Of a stretch of DNA of 64,000 nt, positions 62,807-64,000 are shown in pieces; positions within the stretch are counted from its first letter, which is position 1; each line of letters starts with the position of its first letter. The translations under genes and the position numbers were made by a program. Source of the DNA: Bythopirellula sp. (GTDB lineage Bacteria; Planctomycetota; Planctomycetia; Pirellulales; Lacipirellulaceae). The stretch lies in the NCBI GenBank assembly GCA_965216565.1, contig OZ244170.1, positions 3,424,001 to 3,488,000 on the forward strand, in the 5' to 3' direction. The notes under the pieces are model-generated. The model had not been told where the DNA came from. It saw only the letters and a program-made list of their open reading frames with translations, and did not search any database.

Positions 62807-63823
62807 TCATCCAGCCCCTAACCAGAGGTCTAGTGTGCCAACCGCAAGAAGTCCCAAGCTAATCACAGCATTCACGTTGAAAAAGGCTGTATTTACGCGA
62901 TCCAAGTCGTCAGGACGCACCAAGGCGTGCTCGTAGATTAGCAGTAAGGCGACAGCTATTACCGCTACCCAGTAGAGCCAGCCAAAGGGTTCGTAGACCA
63001 GCGGCAATGTCAGCAATGCAACAATCGTGAACAAATGACAGGCCGCAGCGATACGTAAGGCCCCGGCAATGCCCCAACGAGCTGGCACGCTCTGCAGGCC
63101 ATTCTGTTGATCGAACTGAAAGTCCTGACAGGCATAAATGATGTCGAAGCCGGCGACCCAAGTCAGCACCGCCACACCAAGCACCATGGGTGGCAATAGA
63201 TCGGCGGGGTGCTCTAGCACGACGTCACCACGGATGGCTATCCAGGCCGCCACCGGCGACATTGCCAGTGCCGCACCCAGCCAAAAGTGCGCGTAGGACG
63301 TGAAACGTTTGGCATAGCTGTAGCCGCACAAAACTAACAACACAGGCAAGGACAAATACAGTGGCAATCGATTCGGTAGAAACAACAGCGTACTGGCGAT
63401 AAATGCCGCGCCACTGAGCGCAATGAGAAACACTACTTGGCCAACGCTCAACAACCCAGCTGGCAGATGCCGCCCCGCAGTTCGAGGATTCTCGGCGTCG
63501 ATCTTTCGATCCACCAATCGATTAAACGCCATCGCAGTTGTGCGGGCCGTCACCATACAGAGGAGAATGCCAACTAGTTCTTGCCAGCGGATATCAAATC
63601 TAGAAACAAAAAGTTGGTCGAGGTAGGATGTTTTGATGCCAACGCTCAGCGTGAAATCGTGTTGAACCGCAATATCTGTAATCTGCAGTCCCTTAAACTC
63701 ACTCGGGTTCTCAACGGCTCGCAATCGCCAAGCCATCACAGCAGCCAATAGCGCGAAGGGCAACGCGAAGAGCGTATGACTGAAACGAACTAGAGACAGA
63801 TAGTGGCGGATGGTTTGCAACAT
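62807..63823 (-). CDS. mqnP: UbiA-family polyprenyltransferase (MqnP-like)
   Basis: FSHTLFALPFA; ARTTAMAFNRLVD..ID.ENPRT..RHLP.G; YSY.KRFT; WVAGFDIIYACQD..FD. Confidence 0.9.
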   Translation of the reverse strand: MLQTIRHYLSLVRFSHTLFALPFALLAAVMAWRLRAVENPSEFKGLQITDIAVQHDFTLSVGIKTSYLDQLFVSRFDIRWQELVGILLCMVTARTTAMAFNRLVDRKIDAENPRTAGRHLPAGLLSVGQVVFLIALSGAAFIASTLLFLPNRLPLYLSLPVLLVLCGYSYAKRFTSYAHFWLGAALAMSPVAAWIAIRGDVVLEHPADLLPPMVLGVAVLTWVAGFDIIYACQDFQFDQQNGLQSVPARWGIAGALRIAAACHLFTIVALLTLPLVYEPFGWLYWVAVIAVALLLIYEHALVRPDDLDRVNTAFFNVNAVISLGLLAVGTLDLWLGAG

Positions 63824-63857
63824 GGTCTTGCCTTGTGTCGCGTGGCGACACGGCTAT

Positions 63858-63901
63858 TACTCTTTACTCCGTGCCCCATGCTCCTTGCTCTTCGCTCTCA
63901 G
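63858..63901. repeat. Degenerate 7-bp tandem array between ubiX and mqnP
   Basis: TACTCTT TACTCCG TGCCCCA TGCTCCT TGCTCTT CGCTCTC. Confidence 0.65.
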
Positions 63902-64000
63902 CTATTCACCGCCCCAGCGTTTCATCAGATTGTTTTCGATGCCCAGGTGATCGCAGATCCGTGCGACCATAAAGTCCACCAGATCACGCAGCGTCGTCAC
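63902..64000 (-). CDS. ubiX: C-terminal fragment of a UbiX-family flavin prenyltransferase (runs off the window)
   Basis: Hand translation [32 protein letters not shown]; lies upstream of mqnP-mqnE. Confidence 0.8.
   Translation of the reverse strand: MTTLRDLVDFMVARICDHLGIENNLMKRWGGE

Overview
This window looks like ordinary chromosomal DNA from a planctomycete, probably Pirellulales. That is an inference from gene content: topoisomerase VI A/B, a DUF4159/MoxR/DUF58/BatA cluster, a Uma2 protein, futalosine menaquinone genes and many lineage-specific secreted proteins. I call 52 CDSs and see no rRNA, tRNA, CRISPR array, transposase or prophage. Housekeeping genes include an RpoD-like sigma factor, lysA, infA, def-fmt, hisF, thiS-thiG, a DinG-like helicase, ubiX-mqnP-mqnE and an lptD-like gene with dgkA. 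The most interesting protein-level items are: (1) an ATPase-less three-gene export-like operon (GAF-HlyD, HlyD, and a PqqD/RRE-like + M50 protease + HlyD fusion); (2) a membrane-anchored PilB/GspE pseudo-ATPase coupled to PilT and a CvpA-like gene; (3) a tandem pair of DUF697 GTPases; (4) an MCE protein with an apparently inactive trypsin-like C-terminus; (5) a topo VI B subunit with a duplicated H2TH domain; (6) a GOLPH3/GPP34 homologue downstream of lptD-dgkA. At the DNA level, many intergenic gaps carry short degenerate tandem arrays (period 7 or 8-10 bp), often as inverted pairs; some pairs bracket single foreign-looking genes. TAG is the most common stop codon. All annotations come from reading motifs by eye; no database searches were run.
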